This document shows positions 38,172-51,613 of a stretch of 64,000 bases of DNA, in pieces. The notes under the pieces were generated by a model. The model ran no database searches, was not told where the DNA came from, and saw nothing but the letters and a program-made list of their open reading frames with translations. Numbering within the stretch: the first letter of the stretch is position 1; each line of letters starts with the position of its first letter. The translations under genes and the position numbers were made by a program. Source of the DNA: Octopus sinensis (taxonomy: Eukaryota); contig NC_043024.1 in the NCBI RefSeq assembly GCF_006345805.1, positions 13,950,001-14,014,000 on the forward strand, given 5' to 3'.

Positions 38172-38577
38172 CTCTTTTACTTGTTTCAGTCATTTTTGAC
38201 TGCGGCCATGCTGGAGCACCGCCTTTAATCGAGCAACTCGACCCCGGGACTTATTCTTTTTGTAAGCCCAGTACTTATTCTATCGATCTCTTTTGCCGAA
38301 CCGCTAAGTAACGGGGACATAAACACACCAGCATCGGTGATCAAGCAATGCTAGAGGGACAAACACAGACATACACACGCATACATATATATATATATAT
38401 ATATACATATATACGACGGGCTTCTTTTAGTTTCCGTCTACCAAATCCACTCACAAGGCTTTGGTCGGCCCGAGGCTATAGTAGAAGACACTTGCCCAAG
38501 GTGCCACGCAGGGGGACTGAACCCAGAAATATGTGGTTGGTAAACAAGCTACTTACCACACAGCCACTCCTGCGCCT
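38172..38577 (-). mobile_element. CORE-type SINE family B, near full length and well preserved
   Basis: GTGGCTGTGTGGTAAG head, GGGTTCAGTCCC B box, GCACCTTGGGCAAGTGTCTTC CORE-like segment, internal (TA/TG) tract and tail. Confidence 0.9.
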
Positions 38578-38743
38578 ATTATCGTTGTAATTACTGTTAG
38601 AAAAGTTGTTTTGTTGGTGTTCTCGTTGTTATTGTCGCTAAACGTGTTGTTGTTATTGCCAGGGCTATTTCCATCTTTGTTATTGTTACTAAAATTTGTC
38701 CTGATGTTGCTGTTGTGGTTATTATTGTAACTAAATTTACAGA

Positions 38744-39305
38744 GGTGAGCTTGCGGAATCATTAAGCACGCTGGAGGAAATGCATAGCGGTAATTCCCCC
38801 GTCGCTATGTTCTGGGTTCAAATTCTGCCGAGGTTGATTTTGCCTTTCATCCTTTCAGGGTCGATAAATTAAGTACCAGTCGCGCACTGGGGTCGATGTA
38901 ATCGATTAATCCGTTTGTCTGTCCTTGTTTGTCCCCTCTGCGTTTAGCCCCTTGTGGGTGGTAAAGATATAGGTAATTCGCCCGTCGCTACGTTCTGAGT
39001 TCAAATTCCGCCGAGGTCGACTTTGCCTCTCATTCTTTCGGGGTCGATAAATTAAGTACCAGTTGCGCACTGGGGCCGATGTAATCGACTTAATCCGTTT
39101 GTCTTTTCTTGCTTCTCCTCTCTGTGTTTAGCCCCTTGTGGGTGGTAAAGATATAGGCATTCCGTCTGCCGCTACGTTCTGGGTTCAAATTCTGCCGAGG
39201 TCAACTTTGCTTTTCATCCTTTCGGGGTCGATAAATTAAGTACCAGTTACGCACTGGGGTCGATGTAATCGACTACCTTAAAATTTCAGGCCTTGTGCCT
39301 ATACT
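38744..39305 (+). mobile_element. SINE family A trimer, last unit with alternative tail
   Basis: Head plus three bodies (B-box motifs near 38810, 38993 and 39175). Confidence 0.9.
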
Positions 39306-40669
39306 GGAAAGCTTTATTGTAGCTAAAATTGATATTGTTTTTATGTTTATTATCATTGTACTATCGTTACTAAAATTCTTATTATTATTTTTGCTAAAAT
39401 TGATATTATTGTTGCCTAAAATATTTGTGGGAGATTTTGTCGTTCTTATCGGATTTGCTACACTTATAATTGACATGGCTGTCATCGTTGATCTGTAAGT
39501 GCTATTGCTAAAACATCTTGCTGTTTTCTCTTTATATTGTCACTTCATATTTTGTCAGTGTTATTGTGTTGTTGTTGTTTAACACTAGATGAATTCTGAG
39601 ACAAGATGCCAACAGTCACAAGTCTACCTGCAGACCATCTCATTCTTGTAATTTATTTCATTAATTGTAATTTTTTCTTGTATTTTTTCCCTCAGCGCTA
39701 TATATTGTAATAAGACCCTCGTTAAGCCAGACCTCTGTCATTGAAATGTTGTTGATTTGAAGACCTAGAGGTGACCTTGTGCTACAAAATTTATGATCAA
39801 TGACATTCCAGCTGTGACTATCCCTTGGACTTTCTATCTAGCGCTAGCAGTTTAAACTATCACCTTGAAACACCTTCGTTGGCTCATATCTGTTGGTGCT
39901 AAGATTTATACTTTTTGAAAACAGATCAGCCCTGATTAAATTTGCTAAAATCCAATTGTACGTATATATATACAAATATACACATATAAATATATATAAT
40001 ACATACAGATACACAGATATATCTATCTATATATATATATAAAGCAAATGAAAGACAGAAGATGGAATATACGAGAATTTATTATTAATCACAACACATC
40101 TAGCATCGCTTCCTCCTGGGTGGTACTCTCAAAAACTGGTTCAGGGGCATCCGGTGGTGCAGATAAATACAACTCTTAAAAATGACTGATCCTAATAGTT
40201 AATTTATTTATCACTTCCATAACTGTAAACCCTGAGATTACTCACTAAGATGTCTGCCCAAATGTTGTCAAGTTAGATCAAACCCAACGAGGAATGAAAT
40301 CGTAATACAGCGAATTACATAACTACAGAGCTCTGTATACACGTATTTGTTGAAATCTGTGGAATGGTTGTTATGAAATATTGCTTTGAAGAATATTTCT
40401 AATAAAATTCTACATAGGAAATTCGAAAATTAGATTTTATTGACAAAATGGGTTTTTTTTCATGTATCTGGCAAAGTAAATTTTCAGACAAAAACATTAT
40501 TTCATTGCATCAATTTCGGACAGAAGATTTTTCAAAGATATTTCCTGGCATCTATACCATGTCAAAACTAAACATTCGGCAACCCCCACTCCTCTCTCTG
40601 TTTCTTTCATCCTCACTTTCTCTCTCTTTCTCTCTTTCTTTTCATCTTTCCTTTCTGATTGTGCACAAT

Positions 40670-40684
40670 GTATATATATTTTGA

Positions 40685-40729
<45 letters not shown>

Positions 40730-40810
40730 TATATTATATATATATATTCATCTATGCATGTATGTATACGTTTATATATATATATATTATTTATTTATTG
40801 GCGTCGTATA

Positions 40811-40847
<37 letters not shown>

Positions 40848-41070
40848 CATATATATATATATATGAATGTATGCATGTATGTATGTGTGTATGGTAGTAT
40901 GCCAGCATATACAAGTATATTTCTAAGTTTAGATATATGTGCACATATGTAAGCATGTGTGTATATATATATATATATATAATACACATGCTTATATCAA
41001 TATATATATATATATATATATTATATTATACATGCATAACTACAAATTTATAAATTTTGATAATTCGAGT

Positions 41071-41106
<36 letters not shown>

Positions 41107-41284
41107 ACACATAAATATACGCACACATACAGACAACACACATACACACACACACACAATATATACGTGTTTGTATGTGAGTTCGGGTATGTATGTGTGC
41201 GATATCTCTACACTTATGTATGTATGTGTATGCATATAAACCTATATGTATATATGCATATATATATATGTATATATATGTATG

Positions 41285-41323
<39 letters not shown>

Positions 41324-41326
41324 TTT

Positions 41327-41371
<45 letters not shown>

Positions 41372-41640
41372 ATATTATATAATATATATTATATATATAT
41401 ATATGTATATATATGTATGTATGTATGTATATATATTATATATATATATATATATATAATATATATATATATATATTTATATATGCCGCAGCTCACACAG
41501 TACAGAAAAGTAATGTGCGTGCATTTGTCCTGCCAAACACAAAATCTACGCTGACGTGTACCTGTACACATACATACATACATATACGCATAGATAGATA
41601 TAGATAAATACATTCATATATCTGATTGTGTGTGTGTATG
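40670..41640. repeat. Large (TA)n/(TG)n/(CT)n compound tract
   Basis: Directly visible. Similar tracts lie at about 5345-5530, 49230-49520, 50330-50490, 51360-51620, 52480-52695 and 56740-57100. Confidence 0.95.
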
Positions 41641-43739
41641 TATGCATGCATGTGTGTGTGCATGTATGTATAATTCTGTGTATACTCTGTATTGATTACT
41701 GAATATTACTTTTGCGTTTCTTCCTGAACCATTTCATGTTTTATTATCTTTCCTTGACGACGCAATAAAGAAATCTCGCTATTGATGTCAATCAAACGTT
41801 TCCTCGCAGTCAGCTTGACAGAAGTCGGTTTTGGCACACACCGGTTCGTAATTCTTTTGAAATGATTTTTGGCATTAGCATATTTATCGCTGGTGCCAAC
41901 TTGAAAGGTTGTGATCACATTATTAAGAGTTTCCTCTTTTTATTTCAGTCAAGCTGGTACCTAAGGAAACGTATTATAAATTTCTCAACGAAATTCACTG
42001 TTCCATACTGAACGTTATTTATTTACCATTATCTGAATCTTTCTTCTTATTGTCATCTTTACCTTTACATTATTATTCTTATTATTGTTGCTGTTGTTAT
42101 ATTTATTATAAATTTTAGTATGATCATTATTAATCTTGTACCTGTTTTTGCCGTCGTAGATGTTGTTGTTGTTTTCAAACGAAATAGCCTATTTGTACAC
42201 AGTACTTCCAATACGATTCTGTACCACAGACAAGCGATGAAAGTAAATTTACAGAAAGTCTGCGCAATAGAACTTGGCAAATATCTTCTGCGTATTTATC
42301 CCCAATTTTTTAGGTATTTAATAACCAAGGAAATGAATAGAATTTTTCGTGTATTCGCCAACAGAATTCTATGTAATTTTACTTTTTTTTACTTGAACGA
42401 TTTCATTAAGATTTACGGAGGCAGCTTACATTCTTTTTATTTCCAATATCTTCTTTCTCTTTTCGGTTGTACAATGCTCATTGCTCTTCCTTTACGTGGT
42501 TACCGAGTGCATATGTATTTCAGGGCCAACTTTTACATTGCATTCAATTGCAGTATTGAATACCAATAATAATTCGTCTGTAAGCAAAGAAAATCACATG
42601 TTATAGATACATAATATGTATGGAACATTAGAATACAAACAACTCTTTAACATAAGATTCTAGAGATCATAGAAAGAAATTTGTTATACATGAAACAAAA
42701 TACATAATTTGTTGTATGGAAACATAATGATGCACAACAAATCTTACAGAAGGCCTACATTTACGTCCAAGAATCATTGGCACGCCACAAAATATAGGTA
42801 AATGCAACATATGAACTATGCTTCTATATCTAGAACAGTATAGCTCCAGCGTACACATACATTTTACAACACACCCAGAGTATGGCCGCTGAAGGGACGG
42901 GCATGAATTCATTCCCATACATTCTACAGTAGTGGTTCACATATGTTTTGTTTCTTTGGTATTTCTATCTCCACACAAATCACCTCTGTTGATCGGGGCA
43001 GGCTCATTTGCTACTCCATTTCTACTAAACTCAAATAAGACACCTCTCCTTTTTTCATCATTGATCTCTGTCCAGTTTCCTAGGCGTTTCATTAATCACT
43101 AAAGGCTTTTTTTTCATGAACGTGGGCCACGGAAAACTCTTCCTCCGTTGTGTTTCTCCTTCACGTGTCGACCTCCATGAACTTAAGATGATCGTTGACG
43201 GCATTGAGCTTACCAGCACCATTTGGCCTAGGAGGGCCACAGGAGCATCATATATTGCAGACAGAATATGTAACAATATTGCGCCAGTTTGTGCAACTAC
43301 CCTGCAAAAACGCCGTTATAGGCCAACCTGTTCTTATGTTGAATGTCAGAAATGGTGGATATAATATTTTTTTTAATAATCTTTTTATTTCCAGTTTTAA
43401 GAGAAAGGAAAAGAGAAAGAAACAAACACATACTAATAAATAAAAGAAACAAATAAAGCGTAGAACGAGAACAGGATGAATAAAAAATAGAGAAATTGAA
43501 GAAAATAAAACAGACTACACACTCAATCATCAATCACTCATACACACACATACATACATACATATATACATACATACATACATACATACATACATACATA
43601 CATGCATACGTGTGTGTATACATAAACACATACATACGTACATATATATGACGAACTAACTGTTACTTTCTCAGATGCAGCACGGATTTTTGTCAGTGAA
43701 CAGGTCGCGGTCTCAAAGCGACGAAAATATTTTGACAAA

Positions 43740-44800
43740 TTAAACTTAAATGTTGAAGTGAATCGAACGGCTTTTTGTGTGTTTCTTAAATGGCTTATAA
43801 ACAATAATCTTAATACAGTTCAACAAGAAGTAGCACAAGATGACTACCATGTGTATACAAACTCAAGGTAGGGCCTCCATTTTTTTATATAATTTATCTT
43901 GCTTCTTTTCATTGTATGACCTGTCTTTTTTTCAGTTCGATATCTGTCGTGCACCAAGTATCTAAAATGTTTGAAGTTGAGAGTGTTTTGTGCCACTTTA
44001 CTTTTGTATATAAAATATGTTGCTAATAATATTAGCAAGTCAAAGATGGCATCAGTATATGTGTTTTTTCTCAATCCGAATAGAATGAGCTGTGGTTCAA
44101 GTTTCATGTTGCGCACATGTGTGCACCTTCTATATAGCAAATCTAAGAAGCATTGCCAGAAGTCTTGTACACATTCACAATACCAGAAAATGTATGAGAC
44201 CGTCTTCACCTGACTTTGACAAAAAGTGCACAGGTTGCTTTCGGCCAGATCAATCTTGAATAATAGAGAATTAGTTGTTAAAATAGTGTGTCTAATTCTA
44301 AACTGGAACCACCGCAACTTAGTATCTGTTGTTGTCTTTACAGGTAGTGAAAATAGTTTCTCCCATTCCAGTTCAGCAAGTAAACACTCTTCTCATTTCT
44401 GTTTGAATATTAAACAAGTCTCAACATTGTTTAAAACATAGTAGTATCGCTTGGCTCCTTTCCTGACAGACATGAGTTTCGGAGAGCTGTATTATCCTCT
44501 AAATTTTGGAAAGTAGTATGTTTGCTTATTTTAAAACTTTGGTAGCTTTTAATCGCCCTGACCTAGTTTAAATAAATTCTGGAATTCTTCCAGGATACGG
44601 TAAGATCCATCTAAATTGATAAAGTCACGAATCTTACTAGCACCTCTCTCAAACCTCGCAGGAATGAAGATTACCTCTTTACTGAATCTTAAGTTTCTAT
44701 TAAAGTAGATTTGTTTGTTATGAATTCATCAAATAAATTAGGCTTCATCTTATTTATAAACTTGTCAAAGGCAGAAGTACAATCAGGAATGATTTATGGA
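43740..44800 (-). mobile_element. L1/Tx1-clade LINE 3' fragment (ORF2 C-terminal zinc-binding region)
   Basis: ORF 43844-44317 RWFQFRIRHTILTTNSLLFKIDLAESNLCTFCQSQVKTVSYIFWYCECVQDFW matches the L1/Tx1 post-RT CCHC-type motif (His replaced by Tyr here). Boundaries approximate. Confidence 0.85.
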
Positions 44801-44869
44801 TATAATATTTGATTTTAAAGTTTGACACAAGGCATGCAATTTCGAGGAAGAATATAAGTCCATTGCATA

Positions 44870-45025
44870 GATTACAGGATTCAACTAGTACTTACTTTAT
44901 CGACCCCGAAAGGATAAATGGTAAAATCGACCTCAGCGGAATTTGCCCTCAGAACGTAAAGACGGACAAAATGTCGTTAAGCATTTAGCTCGGTATGCTA
45001 AAGATTCGGTCGGTTCGCCGCCTTG
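44870..45025 (-). mobile_element. SINE family A variant, degenerate
   Basis: GTACTTACTTTATCGACCCCGAAAGGATAAATGG...CAGAACGTAAAGACGGAC. Confidence 0.8.
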
Positions 45026-45666
45026 ACAGCAGATAAAACGTTGAAGATGTTCTTTACATGATGTCAACCATCATTATGTCTTTTAAGGCGAATAAATTAG
45101 AGTTAGTAATGTTGGGGCCTTTTGGGGTTTCGAATATATTTTGTTGTAGAGCTCAAAATTAATTCAAGTCATTCATATGGAATTACGCGCAGTTGTCGTT
45201 GACTTTCAAAATCCTGGTCAAAAACCTCTATAATCGAGGCGTTGTACTCCAGTATTTATACTGAAAAAGAAATACATTCCAAGGTATTTTTCTGCTATAC
45301 AAGGAATATAGTCTACGTAACCTGAGTATAATTTTGCCTCTTGTATAAGAACACTGAATTGAAAACCAAATATGGCAATGGGTTATGTATGGAATTTTGA
45401 ATTATCTTGATTGCCAATAGGGTGAGGACCTTCATGTTCACATGTCTTAGCGTGACTGTCACGACGAGAAAACACTGTTGATCTTGAAAATAGGCACAAT
45501 TACTCAAATTAATATGTCTATCTTTCTGTGAGGATTATTGGTGGAGTTTTTAATCAGCAATTATATTCATTCTAGCAGTAAACATACGTCGTCAATAAAA
45601 TTCATGTAAATGCATGACAATACGTTCGTATATGTGTGTGTATATATGTATTTTTACACACTCATA

Positions 45667-45724
<58 letters not shown>

Positions 45725-45769
45725 GTGTGTGTGTGTGTATGTATATGTATGTATATGTATATATATATG

Positions 45770-45805
<36 letters not shown>

Positions 45806-45806
45806 T

Positions 45807-45841
<35 letters not shown>

Positions 45842-45890
45842 ATGTGTGTGTGTGCGTGTGAGTGTGTGTGTGTGTATTTATATAAATAAG

Positions 45891-45922
45891 GATAAGATCG
45901 GTATTTAAATACCGATCTTATC
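45891..45922. repeat. Perfect 32-bp palindrome
   Basis: GATAAGATCGGTATTT|AAATACCGATCTTATC. Confidence 0.95.
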
Positions 45923-45970
45923 AGGTGGCAGCATTGGTATAAAAACCTTTAAAGGTAATAATTACTATTA

Positions 45971-46144
45971 AAATTATAATTTAGGGCATCTAAGATATAC
46001 CACCACGCTGGAAATAGCAGTCAAAACTTGACTCTAAAATAACATAAAATTGTGCTATATGAATATTTAATGTGAATTTAGAGTCAAGTTTTGACTGCTA
46101 TTTCCAGCGTGGTGGTATATCTTAGATGCCCTAAATTATAATTT
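45971..46144. repeat. Perfect 68-bp inverted repeat with 38-bp spacer
   Basis: Arms 45971-46038 and 46077-46144, no mismatch found by eye. Confidence 0.95.
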
Positions 46145-47133
46145 GATATATATATATATTATATATATACCACTGGTATTTGAGTACTCTTTTTTCCACC
46201 TTGTTTCACATTTATGTGTTTACTCCGGTATATATATATATATATATCTATATATATATATATATATATCTGTTTACACACACAGACACACACACACACA
46301 CACATATATGCGTGTGTGTATGCAAATATAATATATATGAGTATATACATCCATATATATGTATATGCATGTATATATATTTATATATATAGATATATAT
46401 GGATATGCACAAACGTAAAAGAAAAGGCATGACGTTAACATATGAAGTCAGTAAGTGAAAATGCATGTTTTACGTATTTGATGTCACTCATGATTAAAAT
46501 GTGTGTTTATACCTTTAGCTATCTGGTAGTGCAAACGGATGAAAACGGATCTATTTTATTAGGATTAATTATCTCTATTTGGATCGTACGAAGCCCTATG
46601 AACAACTGCCTTTTCAACGATAGTTTAGAATAACAAGGACATAAATTGCCATGCATTCAATGATAGAGATCTTACAAAAGAGACACGGAACCACAAAACG
46701 TGTTATTACTTGCTCTTCTACGTTCACAAAGGAAGCCTCTTTTCATTCGCTCCTTCTACATTGTCAGTCATAAATTAGGTATATTAATTCGCCTTCAAAT
46801 CTTCCATCAAATGAAAATTAGGTTTATTAGATGAACTCAAACCCAAGCATTGTTCATTTGTCCAAGCCATCTTATAAACTACATATTGATTTATAATTAA
46901 TTATATCATAATTATTCATAAGATGATGATCACACGGTAAGGTCTTCCTTGCAAGTGCAGTTAGCTGGTGATATTAACCCACGTAGTAACCTGGTATTAT
47001 AATGGATCGACAAAATCCAGTAAAATCCAGTGGCTGGTGCCAATTTCATAGACCTACGAAAGATGACTCGCAGGGTCAGCTTCATCTTCATTCACGCCGC
47101 AGACTCTAAAGGATTATAACATATTACTACATC

Positions 47134-47390
47134 CTGTTGTGTCTGGGGAGAGTCATTTTCTTTTTGTGCCTTATTATGTAACACACTCACCGGTAAAATT
47201 TCCACTTTTTTCTTATTTTTATTGGCCTACAATTTTCGTTGCGTCTTGCAAGAGTCAAAACTATTGAAAAGGTTGCAAGACGCAACGAAAATTTTAGGAC
47301 AATAAAAATAAGAAAAAATTGGAAATTTTACCGGTGAGTGTGTTACATAATATGGCACAAAAAGAAAATGACTCTCCCCAGACACAACAG
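47134..47390. mobile_element. Palindromic MITE-like element (118-bp arms, 21-bp spacer)
   Basis: Arms 47134-47251 and 47273-47390 with a few mismatches. No clear TSD. Confidence 0.85.
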
Positions 47391-47475
47391 AATATGTTTC
47401 AACACACGAACTCTTATAAAGAATCTTGCAAACCAAATCCAAAAACGAACAATTACTACGTATTAATGATAAAGC

Positions 47476-47537
<62 letters not shown>

Positions 47538-48453
47538 CGGGCTCAAAATTGAATTAATGTACTAAAATCCAAGCAGTTAATGCGTGGGCGATGGCATTGC
47601 TTCGATATGGAGCCGGAATTATAAAATGGCACAAGTGAGAGGTGAAGTAAATCTGTGCCAAGACCAGAAATGTTGACAGTACAGGGAGGCTTCCATCCTA
47701 CGAGTGACACCGATAGTCTGTAGTTATCCAGAAGAAAGGGTGGGAGAGGTTTCCTCTTTTGCCAGGAATGTATCGAAGCAGAGGTAAACAGTTTAGTGTG
47801 TTATATAAATTATGCCTTGGAGCAACTTTCATAAAAACTGAAAATTCTCTAAAAGAAACATTTAAACAAGAAAATTAAATATAAAACATGGAGGGAAAAA
47901 TCTGTACTGACAATTTGCGAGAGATGTAAACGCTAAGACAGATACAGACGAGCGGTGGCTATGGATGAGAAAGAGTGACCTGAAGATAGGGACCGAAATA
48001 CTCATATGCGCAGCTCAGGAACAAGTGCGATCACCGGACCAGACATCGGAAACAGGACATGGTTGTGGTGAATACAAGAGAAAGGACATGTATTCTGACC
48101 GACGTAACATACCCCGGTGACAACAGGATCAATTTGAAAGAAGGAAAAATACACAACTATGACGATTTTAAGTGGGAAATACGGATGTTGTGGTCAATAA
48201 GAAAGTAGATGTGATAGCAATAGTAATTGGTGCACTTGGAAGTATCAGGACTCAACTACCAATGTGGCTGAAAAAGATTGGTGCAAGTGTGAAGGTAGAA
48301 CACCTACAAAAAACAGCGTTGCCTGGAACTGCAAGAATCTCTCGAAGAGTTCTTGAAACATGACCAGTAAACAAGCGTCGCCTCAGTCTGCTGGCTGTGG
48401 GCCGTTGACCCTTTCCATCACACCCAGCAAAATCAGCTGTGATTTTTCATCAC

Positions 48454-48454
<1 letters not shown>
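47538..48454 (+). mobile_element. 5'-truncated R4/Dong-clade retrotransposon inserted in (TAA)n
   Basis: Motifs VNAWAMALLRYGAGIIKW, FHPTSDTDSL.LSRRKGGRG, WMRKSDLKIGTEILICAAQEQ and an REL endonuclease remnant ending VIAIVIGALGS...LQKTALPGTARISRRVLET* (stop 48361-48363). (TAA)n at 47477-47537 and from 48455. Confidence 0.9.
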
Positions 48455-48484
<30 letters not shown>

Positions 48485-48659
48485 CAACAACAACAACAAT
48501 AATAGTAATAATAATAATGATTTCAAATTTATGTGCCACAAGGACGAGGTTGAAGAGGAAACAGTAGGATATCCCTTTAATTTCGTCATGCGCACACGAA
48601 CACACACACTCACACACACGCACACACACGCACACACACACACGCACACACACACACAC

Positions 48660-48690
<31 letters not shown>

Positions 48691-49253
48691 TAAAACATTT
48701 CTGGTCGATCTTATCGATTAGTCCCCTGACCCGTAATTTCAGGACCTTTGACCGCAATAAAAGGAATTATTATTATTAAGGCGGTAAGTTGTCAAAATCG
48801 CTTGCTCGTCGGACAGAATACTTTCCGATGTGAGTTCAAAACCAAATGAGGCCCACACGACCTTTCATTCTTTCGAGGTCGATAAAAAAAGTACCGTACA
48901 AGTACTGGGGTCAATGAAATCGTCCTTTTTCCTCCCCCAATAACTGCTGTTGCTATCAAAGTTTCAAACTATTATTATCATTGTTGTTGTTGTTATATCA
49001 AAGACGTGTTTGGTTTTCCTCAATTATATTTCAACATCAATATGTATATATTACGATGTTAGACAAGAGGCTTGTACGCATTATGATATGTTTTGTGACA
49101 ACCAATCAGAAGATTTATTTATATCCCCCCCACACACACACACACAACATCACTGAATAAATGTTGCCATGTTTTTAATGTTTAAGCGCAGGACACACAT
49201 GTATATACATTTCCATAACATCGCATATACATATATGAATGGGGGAATATATA

Positions 49254-49312
<59 letters not shown>

Positions 49313-49394
49313 TATATATATATGTTTATATATATGTATATATATATATATTTATATTATATATATGTATATATATATATATTATATATATATG

Positions 49395-49501
<107 letters not shown>

Positions 49502-49692
49502 GTATATATATATATATAATATATGCTTGCTCGTTTATTATATTAAATTGTGATTGATGGAGTTAGAATTATAGTAATAGATATATTACTCTGAAACTAC
49601 TGAAAGAGATATAATTATGCATCTATCTATCGATCATTTTATCTCTCAATCTACTTGTCTATCTATCTATATATCTATAAATTTATTATATA

Positions 49693-49730
<38 letters not shown>

Positions 49731-49870
49731 CTATCTAGCATTATATCTATTTCCCTCTTTAGTCATGTTTCCTGTTTTTTGTTACTGACAACATCAGTCT
49801 GTCTGTGAATCCGTCTCTATCCACCTACGTCCATCTCTCTCTCTCTCTCTCTCTCTGTTTCTCTCTCTCT

Positions 49871-49905
<35 letters not shown>

Positions 49906-50084
49906 TCACTCCATATATATGTCTCTATACTTCTATTTCCTTATCTTCTTTATTGTAATTCCTTGAGCCTTTGGTCAGCGATATGTGGATATGAAAACAC
50001 ATTTTTATTCTAACAAGTTACCTGGAATACTGACATTCAGAGTAACAGCTGCAAGTTTTGGTCAATTAATGACCTCCATGACGT

Positions 50085-50360
50085 TACTAGTATCTCTCGG
50101 CTTTTATCCTTTCTGTCATTTGACTGCGGCCATGCTGGTGCAACGCGTTGATGAATTCTTAGTCGAATGAATCGACCTCAGTAATTAGATTTTCAAAGCC
50201 TGATAGTTATTCTATGTCGTTTATGCTGAACTGTTCAGTTACGAGGACGTAAATACACAGACACCGGTTGTCAAGCAGTGGTGGGGGACGGAAACAGACA
50301 CAATGTCCTTCAAACGCACACAAAAATAAATAAATATATATATAATATATGTATATATAT

Positions 50361-50426
<66 letters not shown>

Positions 50427-50442
50427 ATATATATATATATAT

Positions 50443-50495
<53 letters not shown>

Positions 50496-50545
50496 GGGCC
50501 ACGTAGTGAGATGGAAACCGGAGCCATGTGATCGAGAAGCAAACC
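50085..50545 (-). mobile_element. CORE-type SINE family B, degenerate, with expanded internal (TA)n
   Basis: GTCATTTGACTGCGGCCATGCTGG tail, with a head remnant near 50495-50545. Confidence 0.7.
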
Positions 50546-51418
50546 TCCAACCGCACAATTACCGGTTCCATAAGGATCACCCGGAAAAATTTTAAACAGT
50601 GGGTTACTTACTAGCAAAAAAATGCGTTAACATGTGACATTGTTGACCGAGGTTACAGAGGTCTTTTCTGTAGGCTTTTCTTTCCACGGATAAACCTTAT
50701 CTGCTACCCCCATTACACTTTACACCATGACATTTCTGTGATACACGATCCCTATTGATCGTTTTTTTTCTTTCCCTTTTAGGATCCCTTTTGATCGAAA
50801 ACCTACCCCACTTTGTAATCTGTCACGTCTGTGTGCAGCCTGTGTGGCTAATAAAGATACATATTCCTTCTTTTTAATCTTTTATCTAATTACAGTGGGA
50901 GGAATTTTAATAAGGAACTGAAATACTTGATAGGTTTCACTAGAATTTTTAAAAGGCCCAATTTAATATATTAACATATGTCCCGTGCGGTGAAAGTCAC
51001 AATAAACATTTAAACGTATGACCTATTGACTCTTCCAGTTTTTGTATTTCTTTCAGACACCAGACATCTGCTGTACTTCTGGGCCATTTATAAGGGATTT
51101 ACTCAAAACCTGCAATTATCTTAGTCTCGTTTATATTTTATAGATTTGGTGAACTGCTAATTTTCGTGAGATATGCAGACAGGCCAGAAATTGTAGCGCC
51201 TGTTTAAGTCCGGTATAGATGTATGCGTTTATGTGTAGACACACGCACGCACACACACATACACACAGGCAACAAGCAAACGTACACACACAGGCATACA
51301 TGAACGCAAATTCGCACGCTAGTGTGCTTACATAATATGAACGAAATATATCCTCGTATATATACATATATAATTTAGGACAACTGTATATATGCACACA
51401 TATATATATATGTATAAC

Positions 51419-51476
<58 letters not shown>

Positions 51477-51577
51477 ACACATATATACATGTATATATAT
51501 ACATATAAATATATATATAAATACAAACATATATATAGATATATAAATATATATATATATATATTTATACATGTATG

Positions 51578-51613
<36 letters not shown>

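Noticed and set aside
41706-43533. Several 70-150 aa ORFs in unique-looking sequence
   Set aside because: No recognisable domains and no consistent splice-compatible frame.
47980-47998. CTGAAGA...GAAA hammerhead-like spacing
   Set aside because: Lies in the R4/Dong coding frame (DLKIGTEI), with no stems.
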